Shown: positions 1 to 11,859 of the stretch, piece by piece
Layout: every line of letters begins with the position of its first letter
Position numbering within the stretch: position 1 is the stretch's first letter
Origin: Octopus vulgaris
Lineage: Eukaryota
Direction of reading: 5' to 3'
Length of the DNA: 64,000 nt
Assembly: GCA_951406725.2 (NCBI GenBank)
Contig: OX597823.1
Span: 9,982,001 to 10,046,000 of the forward strand
Notes under the pieces: generated by a model
Database searches by the model: none
Told to the model about the DNA's origin: nothing
The model's input: only the letters and a program-made list of their open reading frames with translations
Position numbers and translations under genes: made by a program

Positions 1-9
1 CTCCTGCGC

Positions 10-59
<50 letters not shown>

Positions 60-83
60 CTATATATATCTTCATGCACACAC

Positions 84-133
<50 letters not shown>

Positions 134-409
134 GTATGCTGTTAAATTTGTTATAGTTTCCATTTCTATTCCTCCTAAATCTTTCTCTTCATTCAGATTG
201 ATATATAGCATATCACGAAGCTTTTCATCCTCTCGTATTTCTTCCACTGTTATATTATTTTTATTTCGCAGGTTCGTATTGATTCGTCTCATTTTCTACA
301 TCTTTTCTATCACGTATCTGTTCTAATTTCAAACACTTTTTCTTATTCATACCTCATCTTTATTCATTTGTTTTAAACATACACATACAGAGACTCAAAC
401 ACAGATAAA

Positions 410-477
<68 letters not shown>

Positions 478-499
478 AAAATTTATAAGTTTAAATTAT

Positions 500-705
500 T
501 TAAATAATTTTTTAATTTTTAACTTTTATATTTTAAATTAATTTTATGTATTGGCTTATGTTTTTCACTGTTTGATTTGCCTAATAGTGGTTTTATCTCT
601 AATTTAATATAATATAATATAATATATTTATACTATAAAATTGGATTTAATCCTAAATCTAATTTTTCCCAGTAAGTTTGGATTTATTCCCTAATATTAT
701 TATTA
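500..705 (-). repeat. AT-rich interspersed module between (TA)n arrays; same family as 9310-9480
   Basis: The reverse complement matches 9310-9480 (aatattagggaat.aatccaaa...agattta.g.ttaaatccaattttatagta...aaaaccactatt). Confidence 0.7.
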
Positions 706-709
706 TTAT

Positions 710-753
<44 letters not shown>

Positions 754-769
754 AGAGATAGAGATAGAG

Positions 770-1155
770 TATTCGCAAAAAATAACAAAAGAGGAAGACG
801 GGAGGTGTAGACAACAAACAGATGTATTAGTATAACGCTCGGGAAGTGAAAAAGCCTTTAACGTTTCGAGCCTATGCTCTTCCACAGAAAGGAACACAGA
901 AAGAGACAAGGAGAGAAAATAAAGAATGTATAGTGGCTAGCGATCTATCATGGCGAATGCCGGGCTGAGGGTTTACACAGGAGAGCTAGGGAGAAGGGGA
1001 GATAATAAAGTAGTGGTGATCCCAAAACGAAGGTGTGCGTACGTGTGTATAAGAGAGTTTCTATGTGAGCGTGGAAGAGGGCTGGTGATCTTGACGTATG
1101 CGTGTGTGTGTTTGTAGGTGTGAAAATGTGGGTCTGTGAAGTGGTCAGTGCTGCC
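770..1155 (-). mobile_element. Penelope-like element 3'/pLTR remnant (family PLE-1), ending in (TA)n
   Basis: The reverse complement shares long blocks with 23690-23863 (ccatgatagatcg.tagccacta...gaagagc.taggctcgaaacgt) and with 39376 (agcactgaccact), which lies downstream of a GIY-YIG-type C-terminus. Confidence 0.7.
855..892 (-). ncRNA. Minimal type I hammerhead ribozyme-like motif (atypical core CUGUGGA)
   Basis: Minus strand reads CCTTT-CTGTGGA-A GAGC ATAG GCTC-GAAA-CG-TT-AAAGG: 5-bp stem I, 4-bp stem II and a palindromic ACGT stem III, as in PLE minimal hammerheads. Confidence 0.6.
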
Positions 1156-1928
1156 CTATCTCTCTCTCACACACTCTCACTCTCTTTCTCTATATATACA
1201 CACACACGTATATTTACACAAATTTGTGTCTATGTATGAGCATGTGCATATGCATACGCCAGAAATAAGAGATTTCCATCAGGACTATTGGACACACCAA
1301 CGTAATCTTTAGTGTAAGCACAGGAATGGCATAACCAAGTATGACTCATAAGGTATATAGTTTCGACATGGTTTCTTCTTTTGCCTGGGCATCCGCTAGA
1401 GTGTGACACAGGGCAGATATGACTTTGTTTTTACCAAAAGAGACAAATATTTCGCTGCGGTAACTGAGTGAATTCGCCTTTAGAAGCTGACATTTGTCAC
1501 AAACATATTGTAGTTAACCTAAAGTTCCCTTATACCTAGACATTGCTTTGCGGTTTATACTGCGGAGTTTTTTTCTGACATGCCATTCAATTAATGCAAC
1601 TCAGTCAATGTTGCTGGTCGCATTTTAGCTAAAGCTGTAGCTTTAAATCTGTTCATAGTTACCTATTTCCTATTAAATACGGATAAAGAGCTAGAAATGC
1701 AGCGTCTGGGAATCCCATAGAGGGCAACACTTAGCAGATATTGTAACTAACCCAAAGTTCGCTAATGCTTAAAGACTGCTTGGAGCTGATACTACCGAAT
1801 ATATGTTTGTGTGTGTATGTTTGTGTTTATGTGTATGTATTATGTAAGTATGCATGTAAGTATGAATGTCTCCCTCTATTTTTGTTCCGAATCATTGCGT
1901 TCACAGTTAAAATTTTGTGAGGTCTTAC

Positions 1929-2055
1929 CTGCACGGTGAAAAATAACCCGTCACTGTTTATTTTTTTGTGTGAGCTTGAATGGAATTCATTCAGGCGAAT
2001 TCCCTTCAGCCAGGTTTGAGGATATCTTTTCCATTCTCTCTCACTAATCTCAGAG
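1929..2055 (-). CDS. Candidate internal coding exon of an unidentified host gene (SEISEREWKRYPQTWLKGIRLNEFHSSSHKKINSDGLFFTVQ)
   Basis: Minus strand has a branch-like actaat, then the pyrimidine tract ttgtattcttttcaccactttaaatAG, a 127-nt exon open in one frame, and a strong donor CAG|GTAAGA. The sequence is not repeated in the window. No partner exons were found. Confidence 0.4.
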
Positions 2056-2239
2056 CTATTTAAAGTGGTGAAAAGAATACAAATTAGTAAAAAATAAAAA
2101 TTAAAATCAGAGCATACGGGAAAGAGATATGAAATCGATATAAAATAGTAATATTTTACACAAAGTAATAAAGACTAAATATTATTTTATTCTTGTTAGA
2201 CTCACACAGTATACACTTTCGACATGGTTTCTTCTTTTG

Positions 2240-2447
2240 GCTATGCTGGAGCACCGCCCTTTGTCGAGAAAATCGACCCCAGGACTTATTCTTTGTAAGC
2301 CTAGTATTTATTCCATCGGTCTCTATTGCCGAACCGCTAAAGTTACGGGAACGTAAATAGAAAAGCATAGTTTGTCAAGCGGTGTTTGTCAAGCGGTGGG
2401 AGGGGGGATACAAACAAACACATACATACATATACACACACACACAC

Positions 2448-2490
<43 letters not shown>

Positions 2491-2670
2491 TGCGTGTGTG
2501 TGTATGTGTGTGTGTGTTTGTGTGTGTATGTCTTCTTTCAGTTTCTGTCTACCAAACCCACTCACAAGGCTATACCAGAAGGTACTTGCTGAAGGTGCCA
2601 CGCAGTGGGACTGAACCCAGAACCATGTGCTTGGTAAGCAAGCTACTTACAACACAGCTACTCCTGCGCC
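2240..2670 (-). mobile_element. tRNA-derived SINE family A (internal microsatellite; possibly octopus OK-type)
   Basis: Head GGCGCAGGAGTAGCTGTGTTGTAAG...GGTTCTGGGTTCAGTCCC (A/B boxes), internal (CA)/(TA) tract, shared 3' body; tail truncated. Confidence 0.9.
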
Positions 2671-3614
2671 TATAGGCACGCACACACACACGCGCGCGCA
2701 CAAATACAATACATACATTGATACTCCTACTCCTCCTACTCCGCATCCTCTGCCTACTCATCCTACTACTACTACTACTACTCATGATATTATTTTGTTC
2801 TTATTTTTTGCTCATTTTTTAACTAAGAAATATGTGAAAGGATTCAGCAGACACCAAAGTTTCAGCTTCACTAATCTCAATAGATTAAATGTTAGAAGCT
2901 AAAAATATTGGTTGTTGCTTTTGAGATATTACAAAAAAAAAAAAAGGAAAAAAAAAAAAAAACGATATATTCCTCAGCTGTACAACTTTCCACATATTTT
3001 AAGAAAATTAATAACATTCAATACGGTATGTATTTAAAATTCTGCAATTTGTCGAATTAACAGTGTTCCAATTCCAATATACATTTTATAATTTTATCTA
3101 ATTTTCGGCATTATATTTTCCATGTTTACTGAGTGTTACTCACTTTCTATCTGTCTTTAATTTACTTTATTCAGCAGTATACAATTTTATGTACCCCGAA
3201 ACACAAACACACGCTATATGGTTGTATATGTACATGCATATATAAACAGATACATACGCATATGTGTGTGTGTGTGTGTGTGTCTGTGTGTGTGCGCGTG
3301 TCTAATGGGTAGTTGGCACCTGTTTATGGTTAGGATGTGAGTTCTACGATTTTATTTTCCCGATACGTATAGCGTTTCTGTTTCCTTGGTGATGAAAGAG
3401 TAGAGTAGATCACCACATCGAAAGGAACTTTTGAGATCTCTGTTCAAAGAATTAGGATGTGCTTGTTGTGTAGTGTCTAAAGAGTTTGCGAGGAGATGGT
3501 GAACAGATATACAATGGAAAAGGAAAACTGAATGAGATGGTTACCTCAGGCTGTAGGAAGCAAAGTGAATACCCAACCATGGACCATGAAAATCATTTAA
3601 CAATTAACGTACTG

Positions 3615-3673
<59 letters not shown>

Positions 3674-3774
3674 ATGATAAATCTCAGAGCGAGTTATAGC
3701 CCCTCCTGGGGCTACAAACTACAGTAGCATCCACCCTTAGGGGTTAGCCATATTAAAATGGCAAATATACGTCA

Positions 3775-3817
<43 letters not shown>

Positions 3818-3820
3818 AAT

Positions 3821-3996
3821 GGTTTATGGAATTACCCTGGGTTTCTCGCTCATAAGGGGTTTGCCCTTATGGCGTATCTTCACACCCCAAAGACCTCTTT
3901 AAAATATGGAGGGTTCCTTAGGCCAGCAGTGTTTGGGGTCTGAAGATACGCCATAAGGCCAAACCTCTTATGAACCCCAGGGTAAACCCACAAACC
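3821..3996. mobile_element. Inverted dimer of a hammerhead-containing module (PLE-type) between (TA)n arrays
   Basis: Imperfect inverted arms 3821-3891 and 3932-3996. Their consensus reads GGGGT-CTGAAGA-long stem II-GAAA-CCCAGGG-TA-(A)CCC. Confidence 0.7.
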
Positions 3997-4068
3997 AGCC
4001 TACCGAATTATAATATCAGCAGCTTTGCATCTTAGAGTCTGCTTCTTCGATTTACGTATTTCTACACA

Positions 4069-4149
<81 letters not shown>

Positions 4150-4422
4150 ATGTAGTTTTAATAGTAATAAAATACACCAACCATGCCAAGTTACATTCAA
4201 CTACAGCAATATTAATACAAGATAAAGAGAAAATATTTAAAAGCACCCCTATACCGAAAATAAAATGAATCTTTTCAGGAAACTTATTATATATTCTCAT
4301 TCTTTTTGTAAGTATGATCACATACTTAACAAATCTGCGGCACAAAACCAGCAATGACAAGAGAAGTTATGGTCAGACTATAAACCATGACCTCTGAATG
4401 AATGGTTTATAAATATTAGTCT

Positions 4423-4550
4423 TAAATTTTTGCACAAGGCCAGCAATTTCGGGGAGGAGGGGCTAAATCGTGTACAACGAACCCAGTACTCGATTCGTTT
4501 ATATTTTATCGAAAGGATGAAAAGCAAAATCGACCTCGGCGGAATTTGAA
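4423..4550 (-). mobile_element. Degenerate SINE family B fragment
   Basis: gaaaggatgaaaagcaaaatcgacctcggcggaatttgaa is the reverse of the family B central domain. Confidence 0.7.
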
Positions 4551-4945
4551 TGTGCTAATATTTAATTGGGGACAACCACTGAAGAATTATACATAAAAAA
4601 AAAGATAAGATATAAAAATGAGTGCGAAATGAGAAAAAAGTGTATCAATGATGCTGAAGGATGAGGCAATATTGCTAGAACCGGGAACATTATATGAGAC
4701 AGAAATATCTAAATCAATAAATTAGGTCAGAACATTTCTCACAAAATTTAGCGAGTAAATGAGAAAATAAGTTTTAGTCACATTCATACTTAAAGCTGAA
4801 CTCAATGAAGCGAATGTCAACGCTACAAATGTAGGCTGGTTATGAAAGGCCTAGCTACATCTCATTTATAGATAGGATATTTAAGAGAATCAATAGATTA
4901 TGTAAATTTAAGAAGTTTTTCAGAGAAAAATAACGAAAAATTATA

Positions 4946-5369
4946 GGCGCAGGAGTGGCTGTGTGGTAAGTAGCTTGCTAACCAACCACATGGTTCCGGG
5001 TTCAGTCCCACTGCGTGGCATCTTGGGCAAGTGTCTTCTACTATAGCCCCGGGCCGACCAATGCCTTGTGAGTGGATTTGGTAGACGGAAACTGAAAGAA
5101 GCCTGTCGTATATATGTATATATATATGTGTGTGTATGTGTGTGTGTCTGTGTGTCCGTGTTTTTCCCCCTAGCATTGCTTGACAACCGATGCTGGTGTG
5201 TTTACGTCTCCGTCACTTAGCGGTTCGGCAAAAGAGACCGATAGAATAAGTACTGGGCTTACAAAGAATAAGTCCCGGGGTCGATTTGCTCGACTAAAGG
5301 CGGTGCTCCAGCATGGCCGCAGTCAAATGACTGAAACAATTAAAAAAGAGTAAAGAAAAAGAGTAAGAG
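4946..5369 (+). mobile_element. SINE family A, full length
   Basis: tRNA-like head GGCGCAGGAGTGGCTGTGTGGTAAG...GGTTCCGGGTTCAGTCCC, internal (TA)(TG) tract, tail ...caaatgactgaaacaa followed by (aagagt)-like repeats. Confidence 0.95.
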
Positions 5370-5796
5370 AAGCGATTATCATTGTTGCAAAACCAGTACC
5401 CTACTATTTAAATGGTTGTCAACTGCTGAGGGGCCCAATTTGTTCATAGTTCCTGGTACCCAAATTTTTGCGACGATCCTCTATAATACATTGTGACACG
5501 TAGCAGTTATACAGCAAATTCACAGACTGACTCGACTCTCCACTGCCTCCTCAATCGTTAGTGTTGTTTACCACCCGTGTACCTTGCTCTTTTCTGTGGT
5601 GTCTTCCCCGAAAATAAGCTACTGTTTCTGGATGTCGTCTTGCATGTACCCCTCCATTTTCAAGAGTTCAATGACGATGTTGCTTTAGCTTGGAACCTAT
5701 TCTGCATCCAAAATATAGAAGAGGTAGTTTTCAAACGTGCGAAACTGGAATGAACTATGGTAATTAATATAAACATTATGCACCAAATTTTGCATT

Positions 5797-5957
5797 GGCG
5801 TAGGAGTGGCTGTGTGGCAAATAGCTTGCTTACCAGCCACATGGTTCCCGGTTCAACCCTACTGCGTGACATCTTCGGCAAGTGTCTTCTACTATAGCCT
5901 CGGACCCGACCAAAGCCTTGTAAGCGGATTTGGTAGGCGGAAACTGAAAGAAGACCG

Positions 5958-6005
<48 letters not shown>

Positions 6006-6159
6006 GATGCTGGTGTGTTTACGTCCCCGTCACTTAGCGGTTCGGCAAGAGAGTCCGATAGAATAAGTACTAGGCTTACAAAGAATATGTCCTGGGTCGA
6101 TTTGCTCCAGCATGGCAACAGTCAAATGACTGAAGCAAATAAAGGAACAAAAGAATAAA
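5797..6159 (+). mobile_element. SINE family A with internal deletions
   Basis: Same head and tail as 4946-5369. Confidence 0.9.
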
Positions 6160-6266
6160 ATCGGGACAGTCTTCGTATGATATTCAAGGTTAAAGCGAAA
6201 ATGCCTTCATGATTTAACGGTTACTCGAAAGGAGGTAGGAAGTCAGTAACATACAATGAGATGAAA

Positions 6267-6677
6267 GCTTTATATATAAAAGTGAGGTTGTGAGCTGTCT
6301 GTCTCCCCTACGATTTAGATTCCTAACTACTCCCACATTTTGCGGTGCAGTTTAACCAAAACCGGGTATCTTATAGTCGTGATTCATATCGAGCTCTTCT
6401 GGGTATTAGCGCGCGTCTACGATGAGTCTACGATGAGTCTACGATTTAAAAAAAAATTACCATACTTTTTTTCCATTTTAATGCATTTTTTTCGCTATTA
6501 TATAAGGGAAGTAACTCTCTAAAAATGTCTACGATGAGTCAACGATTTTAAAAAAAATTTACCATAATTTTTTTCCATTTTCAATGCTTTTTTGCTATTT
6601 TTTGGCTATAACTCTCTAAAAATGCTTATATAGTTATTTCCCTTACAAACCCGAGCAACGCCGGGCGATACTGCTAG
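6267..6677 (+). mobile_element. Non-autonomous Helitron (family H1)
   Basis: 5' (g/t)ctttatatataaaag, 3' hairpin cccgagcaacgccggg followed by CTAG|T, no TSD; sister copy at 61989-62385. Confidence 0.85.
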
Positions 6678-7641
6678 TGAAATATAAAAGAAGAGACGCA
6701 TGATATGAAAACAAAATTGTACTAGATATGATAAACAAAATAAATCGGAACAAAGACATACGCAGAAAATATGGATTCAGAACGTTACAGTAAACATGAT
6801 AACACTGTTGGGCACAGATGTCAGCTGACTAAAATGCGCTTACGTCATTAACACTATAAAAAGTAATTTTCCCTTCACTGTAATCATACCCTATTCAATA
6901 AATTCAATAACGATCTCATGAAATAACAAACTTCACCAGACATTTGTTTCGAAAGAAGTCGTGAGTAAACAAAGTAAGGCGACACATGTTTTACACAAAA
7001 AAATGAAATAACAAAACATTATATAATATAAAAAGTTGGCACAATGAACTGTCCAAAGAGTTGCAATCTATGCAGCATGCATTCTGTGTAATCACAACTT
7101 GTCCTAAATCGCATGGTACTTAACAAACAGCGCATATCAGGTACAAATACAAACCATCCCTACCAAAGAAAAAAACAAAAACAACACTCACATTGTATAT
7201 ACTCCTCCTAACAGATAAAACAATAAAAGAAACTACCGAAGAAAACACACCAAATACTATAGCAACGCAAAACTGTTGTAAGATAGCAAGAACTATTCTA
7301 GATTAACAAAACTAATGCAGGATCCTAGACTTGCATCTGTTATATATTAGGAACTATCACAGAGATGTTGGAACATAACGATGAAAACAGTATTTAAGCA
7401 ACATTTCGAAATCTAACTAGAACCAATATATCATCCGTATATTCCAAATGACATTTCATAAGCTTGTTTTACCTGGGGTTATCTCAAATTTCTTCTACAC
7501 TAAAAACCAGTTGATTTGTATATTAAATTTACAGAACATACAACACATTAAAATTGAATATCATAGATATAAATGTACTTAAATTTTTTGCCTTTGACTC
7601 CAAATTGGTTTAGTGAGGAGATTGGAATAAATTATGATATA

Positions 7642-7965
7642 CTAGCACTATGACCCGGCGTTGCCGGGTCATAGTGCTAGTGCATGCATATACAGCTGCG
7701 TGCGTGCGCACATACACGCGAGTACTGTCCAAATCTCCGACCAATCACATACAGCTAGCTGGCATTCAATTGGCGTATCCAGTTTCGGGCATTTTGATTG
7801 ATTTTTTAATGGCTTTCCGGGGTGACTGGTGAAATGTAAATATGTGCACAACCACCCTTGGACGGTTTTGAATGACAATAGAAAGTGTGAGCCCCGTAAC
7901 TGAAAAATTGTGGATTTGTATAAAGGACACACACGCAGACATTTTGCCGTTTATATATATAGAGA
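7642..7965 (-). mobile_element. Non-autonomous Helitron (family H2) with extended terminal hairpin
   Basis: Minus strand reads A|TCTCTATATATATAAACGGC...gtgCTAG|T. A perfect 19-bp stem (7641-7681) forms the 3' end. Confidence 0.85.
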
Positions 7966-8997
7966 TGATATATGAAATTGAATGAAATATTCCACCGTCT
8001 AAATTTCCCAGCACTAATCTCAAACACACGAAGGGGATGTGACTCGATATATAAATAAATATATGATACAAATTTAGGAGAATTGTGAAAAAAAGGCTGT
8101 TTTTATCAGTAGAGTGAGAGGGTTCTCTGTGTTAATGAAAATCAGATTGCTAGTTTAGTTCGTCAATTATTTAACAAGGGACCAACACTATTTGCATGAA
8201 AAAATAGTGAATACAAATAAGAATTGTTGGTTTTTATTTATTCTGTCATACGTTGTGGTTACAACCAAAATACGAAACTATGCTACAAATTCGTCTTTAT
8301 GCTATTGCTCTTACCATAACAAGGTAAAAATAACGCTGAAAAGCACTTTAGCAACAAAAACGAAAAGAGATAGATTGCTTTATATTGGAAATAATAGAAA
8401 GAAAAAAGAGGAATGACATCATTTTCATATAGTCTGAGTTCTGTATTGATAAAGAACACAATGAGTTAAAAGAACAATGGAAAGTGCCAAATTTGAATAG
8501 AAAGCGATAAGCTGTGGTATGAGAGAAATCATAAAAGCTGATTGTTACTGTATTGCAATACATTTCGTTGCTGATTACATTAACTGGTAAGCCAGGAGTT
8601 ATAATAATCATATACAACAGATTTTCTCTCTCATAGAATAGATTTCAATTTATTTTCTAGTGATTATTTTTTGATACAAAATGGTGGAATCAAAGTATTG
8701 CTAGTTTAGCAGACAGTAATGGAAAGAATATGCTGAGTCATGAAGTATCCTTATGGATTTTCTATGTTCGTAAGTACTGCGAGACCGACAGATGGACGAG
8801 ATGATAATGTTTCAGAGTTGCCAAGTAATCTTCACTGGCTCGTCCTATATTATCTGTTTCACACATACATATACTCATACGCGCGTACAACCTATGTAGA
8901 TACACACACACACACACACACGACACACACAAACGACATGCATATATATTATTTATGAGAATGGAGCGCAGGTTTCAAGCTGAAACTACAACAAGAG

Positions 8998-9047
<50 letters not shown>

Positions 9048-9122
9048 CATACCAGAGTAAACACATAAATGTGAAACAAGGTGGAAAAAAGAGTACTCAA
9101 ATACCAGTGGCAGAGTAATATG

Positions 9123-9255
9123 CTTTATTTAAAGCAGCAGAAAATTCAACAAAACCTGTTACTCTGAGTTTCCCGTTGCAAAAACTGTCCGATGAACGGC
9201 AACGGGAAACTCAGAGTAACAGGTTTTGTTGAATTTTCTGCTGCTTTAAATAAAG
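9123..9255. repeat. Perfect 57-bp inverted repeat with 19-nt spacer (PLE-type inverted terminus)
   Basis: Arms 9123-9179 and 9199-9255 are exact reverse complements; the module is flanked by (TA)n. Confidence 0.95.
9185..9222 (+). ncRNA. Type I hammerhead ribozyme-like motif (core CCGAUGA)
   Basis: CTGT-CCGATGA-ACGGCAACGG-GAAA-CTC A GAG-TA-ACAG: stem I CTGT/ACAG, stem III CTC/GAG, GUA cleavage triplet. Stem II pairs poorly. Confidence 0.65.
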
Positions 9256-9261
9256 TATATA

Positions 9262-9309
<48 letters not shown>

Positions 9310-9312
<3 letters not shown>

Positions 9313-9565
9313 AATATTAGGGAATGAATCCAAAATTACAGGGAAAAATCAGATTTAGGGTTAAATCCAATTTTATAGTAAAATATTATATAATATAATT
9401 CGAGATTAAAACCACTATTTTAAAACCAAACAAGGAAAGACTTAATCAATACATAAAATTTTAATATAAATTAAATAAAATTATTTAATTTATATTAAAA
9501 TTTTATGTATTGATTAAGTCTTTCCTTGTTTGGTTTTAAAATAGTGGTTTTGTCTCGAATTATAT

Positions 9566-9570
<5 letters not shown>
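9310..9570. repeat. AT-rich module with ~90-bp-arm palindrome (2-nt spacer at 9479-9480)
   Basis: 9388-9478 is mirrored by 9481-9570 with one small mismatch/indel; the module is bounded by (TA)n. Confidence 0.9.
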
Positions 9571-9622
<52 letters not shown>

Positions 9623-9939
9623 ATGTATGTATGTATGTATGTGTTGTAGTTAAAATGGTACACCCCCTCCAACGGAACAATTGGTATTAACCAGCCACTA
9701 TATAGTGGGATAACGTCGACCAGTACAGGGAATCAAGTGTCAGTATTTTCTGTTCCATTTCATCATTTTTGATCCCCGTTAGACGTGTGTCGCAATGTTA
9801 AACACTTGTTGAATGTCTCCAGTAAGGGTGAACCTAATTGTTGAACCTCATAGTTAAGCCGTTGAATTGTTAGTTGCTGTTTTTTATTGCATGTGAATTT
9901 ATAATTGTTTTCTTCCCCATTTATGGGAAAAAAGGAAGG

Positions 9940-11174
9940 ATGGAAAGCGAACCGGTCCCAGCCAGCAGCTATACTTCAGCCACTGGAAGAAGTTTAACTG
10001 CAGACATGTTACAAGTTCGGGAGGTGAAGTTGGAGAAAAAAGAGCTAAAGGAGTTCAACAGACTTATCGAAAAGGAGGGAACGATTTGACAGCTAGTATA
10101 ACTAAACGGACAGTCATATATAGAACGCTGTCCACGGTAACGAAAAGAATTGAAATAGCTACGTTGGAAGCCACAGTGGAGAGTTTAAAGAAAGTAAAAG
10201 GCCTCACAACATTCTATATCAGGGGGGAAAAGTACGGCACAGTGGAAGTAAGGTTCGCGAGCGAACAGGACGTGATAAACCACTCCACTCTGGCGCTAAG
10301 GACACCGGGGTGGGTAATTCTGCCGACTTACTGTGGCAAACGAGTGGCCAGGGTAAGGATATGCAGAGTGCTCCCGGAGATTGAGGTAGCGTGGCTGGTT
10401 GCAGCCATTATGTACAACAGAGGAGGAAGCAAAATTTTTAAAAGTAACGATTTCGAAAGAGGTAAACTGATGGGGATACGACCTCGAGGTGACAGTCCAG
10501 GTCAGTTTGCAGGACTGGCACAAGATAGAAGAGGAAGTGATACTGCCGGAGGAAGTGAGATTAAGAGTAGTGGTGGAGGGAAGACTCGCCAACCTGTTAC
10601 CAGTGTGCAGTAAGGGGACACACGAGAGCAAGGTGTCCCAAGAATGACGAGAAAGATGAACTGGAACAGCAGCAACAGGCTGACGAGCAGGAGCAAAATG
10701 CCGAAGTGGCGACCCCAGTGAGTGAGAAGTATCCAGAGAAGGTGGAGGGGGAATATAAGGTGGTAACTAGGAAAAAAAAAGGAAGGAAAACGTGGATTCA
10801 CCGCCAAAGAGTTCACTGAAGAAGATGAAAGAAAATAAACATCAAGAGACACAGCAGAAGATTCCAACAATATCAACAAGGAAAACCAACGTAGAAAATC
10901 AAGTGGAACTACAGGAACAAATAACAAAAAAATCAAAAGAGAAATGGCGTATTGTGATATATTCGAAAAACACGATAATTGAAAAGAGTCGGTAGTGAGA
11001 GTGAAGTTAACAACGGAATATTATCCAGAGAACACCAAGGCGATTGTAATTGAAGAAGAAAGATGTGCAAGATTGACAGAATTATTTGGAAATAAGATAG
11101 ATCCAGCAGGTGTACGCGTGGAGTTTGACGACTTATTACCTGTAATAGATTATGAGGACCTAATAATTACATAA
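9940..11174 (+). pseudogene. Disrupted LINE ORF1 (gag-like RRM + CCHC knuckle)
   Basis: ORF pieces 9874-10089 and 10086-10613 plus shifted frames; homologous to 12076-13000 and 63240-63545. Confidence 0.75.
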
Positions 11175-11271
11175 AATGGTGGAAAAAAGGAAAGTAAATA
11201 TTATGAATTTTAATGACTATAAAACTGATACAGTTAGGAAAAAAGGAGAAAAATGAAAAACTATATATATA

Positions 11272-11654
11272 GGAGCACTCCGTCGGTTACAACGATGAGG
11301 GTCCCAGCTGATACGATCAACGGAACAGCTTGCTCGTGGAATTAACGTGCAAGTGGCTGAGCATTCCACAGACACGTGTACCCTTAACGTAGTTCTCGAG
11401 GAGATTCAGCGAGACACAGAGAGTGACAAGGCTGGCCCTTTGAAATACAGGTACAACAGAAATAGGAAGTAAGAGTGAGAGAAAGTTGTGGCGAAAGAGT
11501 ACAGCAGGGATCACCACCATCCCCTGCCGGGGCCTCGTGGAGCTTTTAGGTGTTTTCGCTCAATAAACACTCACAATGCCCGGTCTGGGAATCGAAACCG
11601 TGATCCTACGACCGCAAGTCCGCTGCCCTAACCACTGGGCCATTGCGCCTCCAC
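11272..11654 (-). mobile_element. tRNA-derived SINE family C (OR1-like), with 13-bp TSD
   Basis: Head GTGGAGGCGCAATGGCCCAGTGGTTAGG...GGTTTCGATTCCC; TSD gaaaaactatata at 11255-11267 and 11655-11667. Confidence 0.95.
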
Positions 11655-11859
11655 GAAAAACTATATAAAAACGTTTAACTAAAACACTTAAAATGGTGCT
11701 ACTTGCGAGTGGGGAACATGCAGCCATTTCACCTCCATTATTATAAAGCATCTTTCATTCATTCGTTTTGCGTTTTTTGTCCTCATTGTGGTGTCCTATC
11801 TGTCCTTGTACAGCCTCCCTCTCTGTATGAGCCTATGTGCTCAAATAAAGAAATGAGTC

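Larger units (their letters stand above)
9740..11854 (+). mobile_element. Tx1/L1-clade-derived element with ORF1 only (no ORF2), interrupted by a SINE
   Basis: Frameshifted ORF1 at ~9940-11174 (SY motif, RRM-like GTVEVRF, ...RVVVEGR followed by degenerate zinc knuckle ...CSKGH..C), then a short 3' region ending ...gagcctatgtgctcaaataaagaaat. Confidence 0.7.

Noticed and set aside
4898-5186. Recurrent ORFs ending ...GTEPGTMWLVSKLLTTQPLLR (also at 25190, 35243, 52046)
   Set aside because: These are antisense translations of SINE family A.
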